Below the pieces are notes generated by a model. That model made no database searches. It saw only the letters and a program-made list of their open reading frames with translations, and was not told where the DNA came from. The position numbers were made by a program, and so were the translations under genes. Below, piece after piece: positions 25,359-36,267 of a stretch of DNA of 64,000 nucleotides (position 1 is the first letter of the stretch; every line of letters begins with the position of its first letter). Origin of the DNA: Lepidodermella squamata (Eukaryota; Animalia; Gastrotricha); contig JBLDXI010000002.1 in the NCBI GenBank assembly GCA_047495785.1, positions 1,736,001 to 1,800,000 on the forward strand, in the 5' to 3' direction.

Positions 25359-26213
25359 AATTCAAGTCATATTTTGTCCAAATGTCAGATGTTGGTGTGC
25401 ATTTGCGGGAAGAGCCGTATAGCTCCTCCACGCTTTAACCCCCGCATCCATCCAACCGGCTCATTCATACATTTTCTTTTTCACGTGTTGCGTTGTTTCA
25501 AAAACGACACCCACAATCTCCTCTGTAAACGTGTATCAGCATCGATGAATCACTCAAGTGGGCTATAATAATAACTCATAAAGTTCTGCATGAAATTTCT
25601 ATGCCATTATCTGGACAAAAAACTCATTTATTTTTTTTCGGTAAATTTTTTCAAAAGTATAAACACGTAAACTCTGTTTATAATGCATTGCTCGCTATAA
25701 ATATATTTCGTTTAAAAATTTTTGCTCACGAGGTCACACTTGAGGGCACCCTAAAATTATTGCTGAATAGAGGCGATAGGGCGAATTTTGTCTTTCTCCG
25801 CTTTTGTGTCGCGTAAAAAATAGCCGGCGCCGTAATAATACGTGCGCATGTAATGCTATTAAATAAGCGCATCCACAATGATAATCGTAATGGAAAGGCT
25901 GCCCGACTTCTTTTCTCGATGTGTTAGAGGGTGATGCGGCTATATATTCTTCTTTTCTAATATCGCCGATAAATATCTTTAATACATTGCCGAAGCAGCA
26001 TTGTCGCATTGAACTATATCGCGATAATAGTCATATCGCAATACTTCTGTTATAAGGGAAAAGCAAAGCACTTCACCGTGTACTGGATCGATTTCGTAAA
26101 TACCGCCTAAACGGGGTAAAGTGTAACTATCCGAAAAACCAGGCCGCATTATCTCTCTGACGATGTGCTTATGAGCAACAAAGCCAAAGCGGTTGCTAAA
26201 CCGCGCCAGCAAC

Positions 26214-27648
26214 ATGTTCGATGAAGTCTTCCAGCCAATCATGGTTTTCGTAACAGGTGCTACCATTCTGCAGAACGGCCTCATCTTGCTTGGCACGCTA
26301 ATTAACTGGCGAAACGTTCGCCGAACTGTCCCGCAACGTGCTATTATTCTTTCAACAACAATGGCTGACCTCATAATGGGATCCGTAAGTCTTACAAAAT
26401 CAGCTTTCAGCAATCATTTGATTGTTTTTTAAGGTGGTTATGACTCTTGGGTTGTATTTTGAATTTCGTGGCGGCTGGGACCTCGGAAATCAACTATGTG
26501 ATTTGTGGATTAGCTGTGACATTCTTTGCTCCACCGCCTCCATTATTTCACTCGCATTTCAGTCCATAGATAAGTATTACTCGCTATGGTCACCGAAGCG
26601 GTACACCCCCAAGATTCGCCACCGATGGAATTGTTTGTTTGTCGCAATAACCTGGGCCCTGTCAGGGTGTGTCGCCTTATCAGCCGGGGCCTCTGGCTGG
26701 GCGCGAAGTGATGCAGCATCCCATTTGAACGAACATACAAAACTCAATATAGCCGACGATATAGTAGACCTGGACAACATTGAGCTGCATATAATTATGC
26801 ACGAGCAATGGAAAGCCATGCATCAGCCGTCGGAAGACTGCAATATCACAGGCAACCCAATGTTCGCGCTGTACTCTGCTGCCGTATCTTTCTACGTTCC
26901 AGCCATCGCTATCATTTACTACAGCATCCAAATCAGGAAGTTGGCCTTCATGACAGCTGAGCAGCGGAAGAGGAAGAAGCAGATGGCGAGAAAAAGCCGT
27001 GACGCTAAAACAGGGTCGAACAATTTGAACACCTCCGAGTTCAAAGAAGCCGTCCTGAAGGCAGCAAAAGCTCAAGTTTCGAGGTCGAGGCGCTCGCAGC
27101 TATTCGGCCGCGAGAGGCGAGTTGCTGTTCTTTGGATGGTCACCATCGTCACATTCCTCTTCTGCTGGGCTCCTTTCTTCATCGCCCACCCGATGAACTG
27201 TTTCGGCATTTCAATACCAGAGAAAGTTCTCATGGTACTGCCCTGGCTCGGATACTCACATTCGATCGTAAATCCGGTGCTTCACGCGTTCCTCGAACCC
27301 GAATACCTCCGCTCGTTTGCGAAACTGGTTGTACTCTGCTTCGCGCGTTTTCTCGATAATAGACGCAAGAACCGGCAAAGCGTCCCAATACCGCCAAGCC
27401 AAATGCGGAGGCGAAGATACCCACCTGTTGATGCCGATGGCAATGTTATCGAAATCAGATTTTCAGACGAAGCGGGCGATGAGGTAGAACGACCGCCAAG
27501 CCCACCTTATTCATCTCCTTTAAGAGAAGTGGGGCCTCCTTTAGATCAAATAATTACCGTATTCGATCAGGAAAGCCGCCGGATCAGTACGGAAGTCATC
27601 AAAAACAATCCACCCGATACCTCATCAATGCGAACAGTTTCGACTTAA
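26214..27648 (+). CDS. Class A biogenic-amine receptor (dopamine D1/octopamine-beta-like, divergent); exons 26214-26384, 26434-27648
   Basis: MADLIMG, W.LG..LCDLWISCDILCSTASI (TM3 Asp), DKY, YSAAVSFYVP, FLFCWAPFF, WLGYSHSIVNPVLH. Confidence 0.88.
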
Positions 27649-27704
27649 TTTTTCTCACTGCTCAAAATCAAATTTTTTTGTAATCAAACAGAAATAAAGT
27701 CATT

Positions 27705-30700
27705 TTATGCAGTATCATAAGGGTCGCTCAGTTTCTCGACATTGGTAACCATGTCCGATAGCAAGGCCGGCGCGATTCGCCGTATAGGTATCGGCTCCAT
27801 TCGGACGTTACCTGGTATGGCGAACGGGCCAGTTTTATCTGATGTAGCAACGCTGTGGTTGAATTCGAGTTCTCGGATGATTTCGTTAGCCATCATTTTC
27901 GTCTCGATTCTGACCCGCTTTTCTACCGGTATCGGTCTGTCGCATTTAGGATGTGGCCTCCTCATTATTGACCTTGCAATAGAAACATGGTTCAGCTTAT
28001 TCTTCGCATCACGCCTGATTGTTGAGAAGGGGCCGAAGTAGAGCAGCAAAACAGGTAGGAACACGAGGCAGTGAAGCAAAGACATGGTAATGGCAACAAG
28101 GAAAAATTTGAACCAGATGCTGTAAACGTAGGCTCGAGATGTTGCTAGGCAAAGCATTGCCAAGAAAACGCTTATCGATGATTCGAGAAGTAACGGCGTC
28201 ACTGAGCTGACTGCATTGATTGTCCTCTCTTTCAAACCAGCCGTACTGCATGATGTTAGGTACTTTCTCAAAATGGCCGAAATAAGTTCAATGCTGTATG
28301 CCATAGTCACCATTAAGCATATCATCTAAATTTGGCAATATAGGACTTCAAAATGTTGTAGAAGATTTGGAGGTGATAATTACTGAATATTGGTCGAAAT
28401 CGACTTGCCATTGGCAAGTTACCGATATTATCCCGAAAGTTAGACTGCTCGATAAAATAATCACCCAAGCTGCAATGATCAAATTCTGGAGAGAAAACTT
28501 TAATTTGAAACATCAGGAAATAGCACTCACCGGATTGAAGATGAAACAGGAGAGAAATATCACAACTAGCTCCAACAGGATATGGTAGGAAGCAACTAAC
28601 ACAATCTATTGGAACCAACCTCATTAGGGACAACTTCAGCATTTAGAATGATCACCTTCTGCATTGGCTCCCCGCTGTCAAATTCTGTCGAGTAGAATTC
28701 AATGTCGAAGAAATCGTTGTAGTGAGTCTTGACGTTGCGAAGACCTGAAAGAACGCTACGAGTCGACTCCAAATTGAAACAGTTGACGGCGTAGAGAACA
28801 AATCGAGATCCAACGATTCTCGGCATCTTTACGTCGTTATGAAAGACCGCGTTTTCATCGTACTCCATGTCAGCGGATGGCGCCGTTCTGTTGCCATCTT
28901 CGTCTTCGTAGGAATCCCTGAATTCAATCTGCTCAGTCGATACATCCGCAAATCTGATATCATAGACGTAACTTGCTGGCGTGCGTTTGTCTGTGAAAAA
29001 TTTCTCGCGCAGCGTGAAGGTGAACGATTCCTCGGTTGATATGTTCAACTTCCGAGCTGAGGCGAAATTCAAGAAATCCCAAAGCCAGTTTCGGTTGAAG
29101 TACTCATTAGCGATATTGGAGACGGTATGAAGGTCTCTGTAGAATGCAATAATTTTCTGCTGGGTATCAGGATCCCAATATTGAAGGTAAGGATCGGCGA
29201 ATATCACATCGATGGAAAAGGAGTAATTTCGGAAATATTTGTAGTGAAGCTGGATGTCATTCATCTTTCCCGCCGCTGCCATAGGTAACGCATTCTCTGG
29301 CCGAAATCCAACGTCAATCCGCGAACAAAGAAATCCACACATAACACAGTAGCCAACGAAGAAAATTATCACGAACACCGTCACTATTCATTAAAGGAAA
29401 GCTGGTTTACACAAATGTAATAGGGATCAAAATTACCTGGTCTCTTTAACAAAAAGGGTAGGTACTTTGTTTTTACGTAATCCCTTGCCTGAGATTTTAA
29501 AGCAGTTGGTAACGGGATAACGTAATCGATAGTAAGATCCGGCGTTATAGCTTTCTCGTCGTCCTCATCATTTTTCCTTGTCAGAGTCACCCAAGGGGCC
29601 GTGCAGCAGATTGTGGGGCAGAAGTGGGCTTCTTCCTCTGGTTTGAATATCTCCTTAGGGTTAACTCGTGCTCGGACTTTGCAGAAGCAGCAACATAACG
29701 AATGGCTGTTTGTCTTCTCAGCTTTCCCGAGCAAATGAATACAGGCTGGTAAGAAGGTTAACCGAAAAATGAAGTCGAAGATACTGGCGATTATAGCAAC
29801 AACGGAGAACAGCAGGAGTCCAGGAAAATTATGGCATAAGATCACTAATTTATAGGAAATTGATTGGCTCAGTTGAGGCTGTTAACCAAATCTTACCTAT
29901 TAAGAAAGGTGCCATATCTCTCAGGAAAGAAGTGAAAGCTTGCGGCGCATATTCTCTCACGGCAATCGCTGTCCTTTCTCGAACGTCCCATCTCGGATCA
30001 GTTTTCCTCCATGCTTTTGAGTAAGCAAGGGAATTCAGGGAGCTCAAAGCTAAAAGTCCAAATATAACGATGTACTATTGGATGGAAAATACTTATACCT
30101 AGAATTATCATTGGGATGGAAAATGAGCTATCGTCGATTTTCAAACCAGTCCATCCTAATAGGCCGAAAGCAGCAGATGTTGCCATGGAACTGGATAAAA
30201 CAACGAGAAGCCCCAGCCAAGGCATTCCGCGATGTACAGGATAGCCGGCCATAGTCATCAGCCCAATCAAAATGACGAGAACCGCATGGCATATCGCTAC
30301 AATCGGAACCAACCTTCGCGTTTCTTTCTCGTGAAGATAGCTGTAAGAAGTTGAGTAGGAAACTTTGAACGCCTTATGGGTTTTGTTTTTGATATAACGC
30401 TCTTCCAGCGATTTTATCGCCTGCAGTGTCCAGTTTGTCAAAGACGCTCTATCCTTCGTGTCATCAAGGCAGTAGACCATTTGCATGGCGCCTATCCACT
30501 TAACTTTCGCGGCTTTAAAGCTTCCGGTTTGCTTCAAATTAGCCTCCTGATTCTCGTAAATGACGTTCCCGTAAAGGGGACCGATAAACTGGCCATATTC
30601 AAGCTCGTACGGGTAGGTTATCATTCGACTGCCCTGTGAATCGAGCAAACTTCTAAATTGATCCTGTTTTTCGACATCATCCCGCAGATCGACGAAAAAC

Positions 30701-31374
30701 TGAGTTTGGCTCGAGTAGCTAGACAAAGATCCGCCAGGTAGCACAGCAAGCTGTTGCCTAACTCCGGTAAGAAGCGAGTATTGAATACAACTGTCATCCT
30801 TCCGCCTTTTCTGGCAAATTGTCCATCGCGAATCGTTGATACTGTGAAAAACAGCCGCCTTGAAATTTTGAATCGAAAAAATCGAAAAAGTGACATTAAT
30901 GTCGAGCTCAAATAATTGCAAGATTATTGCCGGGTCGACTAAGCTCAAGTTCTGAGACGTGATAACAATACGGAAATTCGGGCACTTCGATTCGATAAGC
31001 TGGTCGTCGTATTGGTTAGCTATGCAGGGTTGAATCACCGAGCAGTTTGCGCAGATCGGGTCGCAGATGGTTTTCTGACTCTTGAAAACCGATTTCGCAG
31101 TCATGTTGTTCAGTTGGGTGTGTCTGGGCTGTAGAGGCTTCATCGACACGTCCATTCCCGAACCTTCAATCCGCGACAGGCCTGGGACCATGACAAGAAA
31201 TACGAGTATGGACGCAGCTATTAACACAACGGCTTTGTCGGCTACAAAGCCCCCGTAATTGTAGAGAACAGCTGAAATTCGCCTCGTGATAAGGCCATTC
31301 CCACATTTTGTGTCCGCAGCTTTTCGATTTCCAGTTGAGGCCGTCGAGTTAGTCGAAGTCGTTGCCGAGGTCAT
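27705..31374 (-). CDS. Patched-related protein C, divergent paralog, multi-exon
   Basis: YGGFVADKAVVLIA, CQKRRKDDSCIQYSLLTG, IGAMQMVYCL, FDFIFRLTFLPAC, YFRNYSFSIDVIF, LHCLVFLPVLLLYFGP are collinear with A and B. Confidence 0.85.
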
Positions 31375-31703
31375 TCAACGTCCTCACTGTAATATTAAGA
31401 TGGCTTATTTATCTGAACTCGAGTGTATCAATTAAACACATAAGGGAGGCGGTCTTTTTCCAGAGAGGCAGTAAATGTTACAATTATGTGCGTTACACAA
31501 TGCCATGCTCTTGAACAAAAGAGCTTTCACACAGCCAGAAAACTGAACGGCGCAGCAGAACAATGAGTACTTATTCAAGAGCTTGCTGCTGTTTATCCAC
31601 AGCAGCAACGTCTATTTTTGGTATTTTAATGATTGTATAATCACGCGCTTTATCCTCATTTTTTATTTGATCACGAGTTGATAGTTAATACAGAAATTCC
31701 ATC

Positions 31704-32235
31704 TCAATTGTATCTCCCGCCCATTATATCAGCAGCCATTTTTTGAGCCCTGTTTCAAGACAAAAAATGTGCGTAAGTATAAACGCGAGATCTTCAAGGT
31801 CAAACCAAACGTAGAATGCGACATTGCGATTGCAGACAGCGGGCGAGCCGAGAACTTTTAAACACCGATGAAACCTTTCTTGCCGAATTTGGAGGAGTAA
31901 TTTTTTCAAATAATCGTCCAGTATAATGCGTCCTCTTCCTGATGCGATGAGTTGCCTGATCCCTAAAAATTAAGATATTGATGTATCGCACAATGAGAAA
32001 ATCTTGGAATCTCACTATCTTCCTTTGAAGGCTGCTCAACGGATAGCAGATCTCTTTCATTATATTGCCTGAGTCGGCGATCGACACCCATTTCTTCCAT
32101 TGATTTCAAGGCATCAGGCTCTCCTTCGATGTTCAAACCGAGATCGCCTCTAGTTGCAGGAAAGAATTCTTCAGCGCTATTAAGGTGGACATATAAAATA
32201 GCCGCTAGAGCTGACAATAAAGAAAAAACTGTCAT
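31704..32235 (-). CDS. Small secreted Cys-loop peptide precursor N1 (140 aa); exons 32235-32016, 31962-31806, 31749-31704
   Basis: Signal peptide MTVFSLLSALAAILYVHLNSA; spliced C-terminus LLLQIRQERFHRCLKVLGSPAVCNRNVAFYVWAQKMAADIMGGRYN*; homologous to N2 and N3. Confidence 0.8.
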
Positions 32236-32441
32236 TTTACGATTTCAGCATGAAAAGCATGATTGCTTGATTTTTGATACAACACCCCTGGGGTTATTTT
32301 TGTTTGTCTTTGCACTTGTTTATTTATTCAGCGAATGTATTGACTCATCATATTATTAATAATGGTCAACTCTGCAAAATCAAAGCGTCATGCTGAGATC
32401 AGCGCACACGCTCTGAAAACCGATATTTTTATTAAGGTGGC

Positions 32442-32893
32442 TCACATCGGTATGATGATGTTGTTGTCTTCGTTGTTATTATTATTGGTATTTTCCCCGG
32501 CCTTGATTGCGTCTTCGATGAGTTTTTGGGTCCATGCGGCGTAGGCTTTGCTGTTACGGTTGCAGGGCCCCTGAGAGCTGACGACTTTCACGCAGCGGCG
32601 AATCTGCTCTTGTCGCACAAAGTTCATCACGTCGCGCATTTCGTCTTCGCTTTTGACAAAATTTTGCAGCTTTTGCTTCGTTGAGAAATGGCGACCTGGT
32701 TTCGACGCAATGGCATTACTCGACACTGGAAGCAATAAAAAAAATTTACGAAAATTAGGTCACACGCGCTAAGACTTGGCTAACGTGATATTTGATTTGG
32801 GTCATCCAGGAATAAACGAAACCTGCAGCTCACTGGTATAATAAGCAAGCAATTCAAAATAAAAACAGCTGTGAAATTAATGGAAAGCACCAT
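32442..32893 (-). CDS. Small secreted Cys-loop peptide precursor N2 (130 aa); exons 32893-32785, 32725-32442
   Basis: Signal peptide MVLSINFTAVFILNCLLIIPVSC; phase-1 intron; VMNFVRQEQIRRCVKVVSSQGPCNRNSKAYAAWTQKLIED. Confidence 0.8.
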
Positions 32894-33440
32894 TATTTAA
32901 GGTCTTGGCACAATACAAAAATTGATGGATTTGACCATTGGCTTCAAGTGAGAATTTTCTAGGACGCCTTTTTTTAATATATTTGTATTGATCTAGGATT
33001 TAATTATCGGCGAAGCCTGTTCTGCGTAAGCACAGGAGGCGTCAGTAAATAATCATCACGGCGGACAATGCGCTGGTGGACCATGATTGATACGTGGTCA
33101 TCAGAGAATCGGCGCGTGACGAGTGCCCCTTGAAAACCCGCCGACGAAAAGGCGCAATTCAACTTCAGCACTTCCTATCAAAATATTCCATCTAAAAACA
33201 ACAAGAAAAGCAGCACCCATTAAACTGATTTATGAGTTTATGAGGATTCCTGTAAAAACGCGTCATGAAAGATCCAACTTAATTAAATTATATTTTTATT
33301 GGCAACTTTATAATGAAAAAAATAATTCTCTGTAATAATTGCTTGCGATTTAAATTTGTTCGAGAATTTTCAACATATATTTTTATCACAAATCATCCAG
33401 TGAACGAAACGATTTCTCCCTTCAGAATATTTCCCCAATT

Positions 33441-33798
33441 TTATTGAAGGCTTCTTTGCGCGCTGAGATCGGCGGCGAGTTTTCGCGCCCAGGCGTTGAA
33501 CGCCGATTTGTTGCGGTTGCACATGGCTGGCGAGGAGAGCATTTTCAGACATCTGCGAACTTGTTCCTGTCGAATTTGTTGCAAGATAGCCGGGTCAATG
33601 GCCGATTTCTGATCGCCATCTAAAAGCGCGACTACAAAATAAATTGATTGAAAAAATTCGCTTTTTTATCTTCAAGTATTTTATACCAGATTGCTGTCTT
33701 TTGTTACTGTGTTTTGAGTTCCATGACACGGCGTTAACTTGAAAAGCCAGAAGAGTAATTGCGAGGAAAGAGCCGAGTAACAACGCAGTTGGTGCCAT
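33441..33798 (-). CDS. Small secreted Cys-loop peptide precursor N3 (100 aa); exons 33798-33687, 33631-33441
   Basis: Signal peptide MAPTALLLGSFLAITLLAFQVNA; KR site followed by QQ; phase-1 intron; ILQQIRQEQVRRCLKMLSSPAMCNRNKSAFNAWARKLAADLSAQRSLQ* (this frame is absent from the ORF track). Confidence 0.82.
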
Positions 33799-34541
33799 TT
33801 TTGAAATACGAAACAGATATTTATTCTTGAAAATTGCGATTTAGTATATATACGCGACAATGCGAAATATAACAGCTGCCTCAGTATATATAATCGAATT
33901 ATTTCAAACGCGGCGGGCCGGACTCGGGGTGCTTCCGATGCATAATTTATCTTCCATATGGTTATGATGATGCGTATAGGCCATTATCTCTAAAAATTGC
34001 GCTGATCTATTGGAGTTGAAATTTCATCGAGTGGGCGGAACACACGCCGTGGTAAATATTTAATTCCTATAATATATAAAGTTAAAATCAAACCGGATGT
34101 ACACCTTTGCGTCACTACCTATATTGAAACGATTTGGAATTTATTTTTTCCCCGACTATACGCATTTCATAAAGTGACCACGCGATTTTTGTGAGAATTC
34201 GGGCAAATATTGACAGGTCATTCCATTTGAAAGCTATGCAATTGATCAGGCATAAGAGACATAGGATTCAAAAATAGGAAAATCAAGGAATCGGAGACTC
34301 CGACTTGAGCATAATAGATAATAATCCACGATAATTATTAATTATTTCGGGTAGCACTTACCACCTTACTTGGAGCAAGTCAAGAAGCAATATAAAAAGG
34401 TGACCTCATTCGTATCGGAAAGTAATAATGATGAAAAAAACATCTGCTAAGGTGTCTGCAACCGATAAAAAAGCTTGATAATTATTGGAAAAAATCAGAC
34501 GCATATTTTTTCGGTTGCAATAATTTTCGCGATAAAATAAT

Positions 34542-35856
34542 ATGGCTGATAAATGGAATTCCTTTGATGAATCTTGGGTTTGTCTGGACAATTTTACGAA
34601 GTTGGGCTGGGATGTGCCTCACTGTTGGTTTATGTACCTACAACAATTAAACCGGGTCAACTCACCTGCGGCTCAAATAGCCGAAGCAACCGCTTTAGGC
34701 ATCGTAGCTTTGATTGGAATTGCAACGAATTTGTACGTAATTTTCGCGAGATTGCGCCCGGCTTTCCTCGCCCTTGGAAAACCAGCAGCACCTGTTAACC
34801 AAAGGAAAAAGCCTGTGCTGAGGTTAGAGCTCATCTTCCTGTTAACATTTCATTCAATTTCAAGTTTTGTCCTCGAACTATTGGCTATTATATTTCTCGT
34901 GGCGAGATTGACTGATGACTGGTTGATGGGAAATGCAGGCTGCATCGGGTTCTTCATCACACTTGTCCTATCATTTTGCGTATTAATGGCGTCAATGGCT
35001 TTGATAGGCGTTGAGCGATGTCTAGCTATCTGCTATATTTCCAACGATGCAACGCCATCGACTATTCCAAGCCATCATCCGCAAAACCGACGCAGACAAT
35101 ACCGAGCTATTGCATTCATCCTCGTCTTTATTTTTTTCTGGCTGCTTTATTTCTCCGCTTGTATGTACGTTTTTGTCATCGAACGACTCGCAGCTGTTTA
35201 CCCGATTTACATTCGCGACAAATATTCACTCGGGCGATATGACCGAGATGTGATGATTTGCGCATTTTTCACCCAAATGAAAGACCCAGATGGCGGCACG
35301 AATTCGACTTATATCAATTTTATCTTCCTATTGGGCTCCATTATGCTCCCAGTGCCTGCTTTAATAATCAGCTACGGGTGAGACATTTTTTCATTTTTAA
35401 TATAATTTAAGGAGGATTTTTTTCAGCAAAATTTTTTACACAGTTCGGAAATCAGTGCAGCGTGACGAAAATCGGCGTAGGATGAATCGGCAAACAATTG
35501 TTGACAAATTTCTAGCTCAAATCCACCTGAGCCAAATGAAAGGCACCGATAGCAGCGAGTCGAGTACGATAATGCCTGTGACTAATAAGATCCGGCGTCG
35601 GGACATTCAAATGGCGAAGAGAACTTGCCTAGTTGTGTTTTTCTTCATTTTAAGCAACATTCCTATAGCTATTTACACGGTATTCCTCCTGCAGGATGCT
35701 GAGCTCGATAAACAAACGCAGACATATGAATTCTTGATATGTTCCATGTTCATGTATATCAATGCAGCGATAACACCGCTGATTCATTGCTACAGCGGAG
35801 CCAAGAAAAATCAAAACGCACAGAACAACAATATTGAAAGAGATACTGCGCTATAA
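34542..35856 (+). CDS. Orphan class A GPCR 1; exons 34542-35377, 35427-35856
   Basis: 7 hydrophobic helices, W.MGNAGC, MALIGVERC, ECL2 Cys, PALIISYG|KIF, TM7 INAAITPLIH. Confidence 0.85.
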
Positions 35857-36267
35857 TTTCCGAATTTTTTAAATAAATATATTAATTTTTCAATATTTCC
35901 ACTAATTTTTTTCACCTTCCATTCTGATTTAAAAATAAGGCAAGCAATTCAGGTTTCGCTTTGAAATATGGTGAATCTGATAGACGATCTCTAAAAAATC
36001 AGTGCCGAGCCAAAATCGATAATCGATAATCAGTGATTTTTCAATCAATGAAGCATTTGAGACTTGAAATTTTGTTTCCCAGAAGTATTTCAGAGTTTTT
36101 GGCATTTAGTTCTCAAGCAAATTAGCATATTTGGCCTGTGAGGTGTTCAATAAATATCGACAGATGTCAATTATCGGCGGGTCATGAACTCTTATCAGGC
36201 TTTTGCGATAACGTTCACGAACTCATTTTTTCTCAATTTTTTTATATTGAGTCACGATGCGGCTGAA

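Noticed and set aside
25734-26413. Minus-strand ORFs of 91 and 144 aa
   Set aside because: Antisense to or upstream of GPCR exon 1; no motifs
31724-31805. Hydrophobic C-terminal tail FDLEDLAFILTHIFC.. of N1 in the ORF track
   Set aside because: Better explained as a 56-nt intron; splicing restores WAQKMAAD, matching the paralogs
33370-33552. ORF-track peptide MSENALLASHVQPQQ..
   Set aside because: Wrong frame; the conserved peptide block of N3 is encoded in another frame of the same DNA
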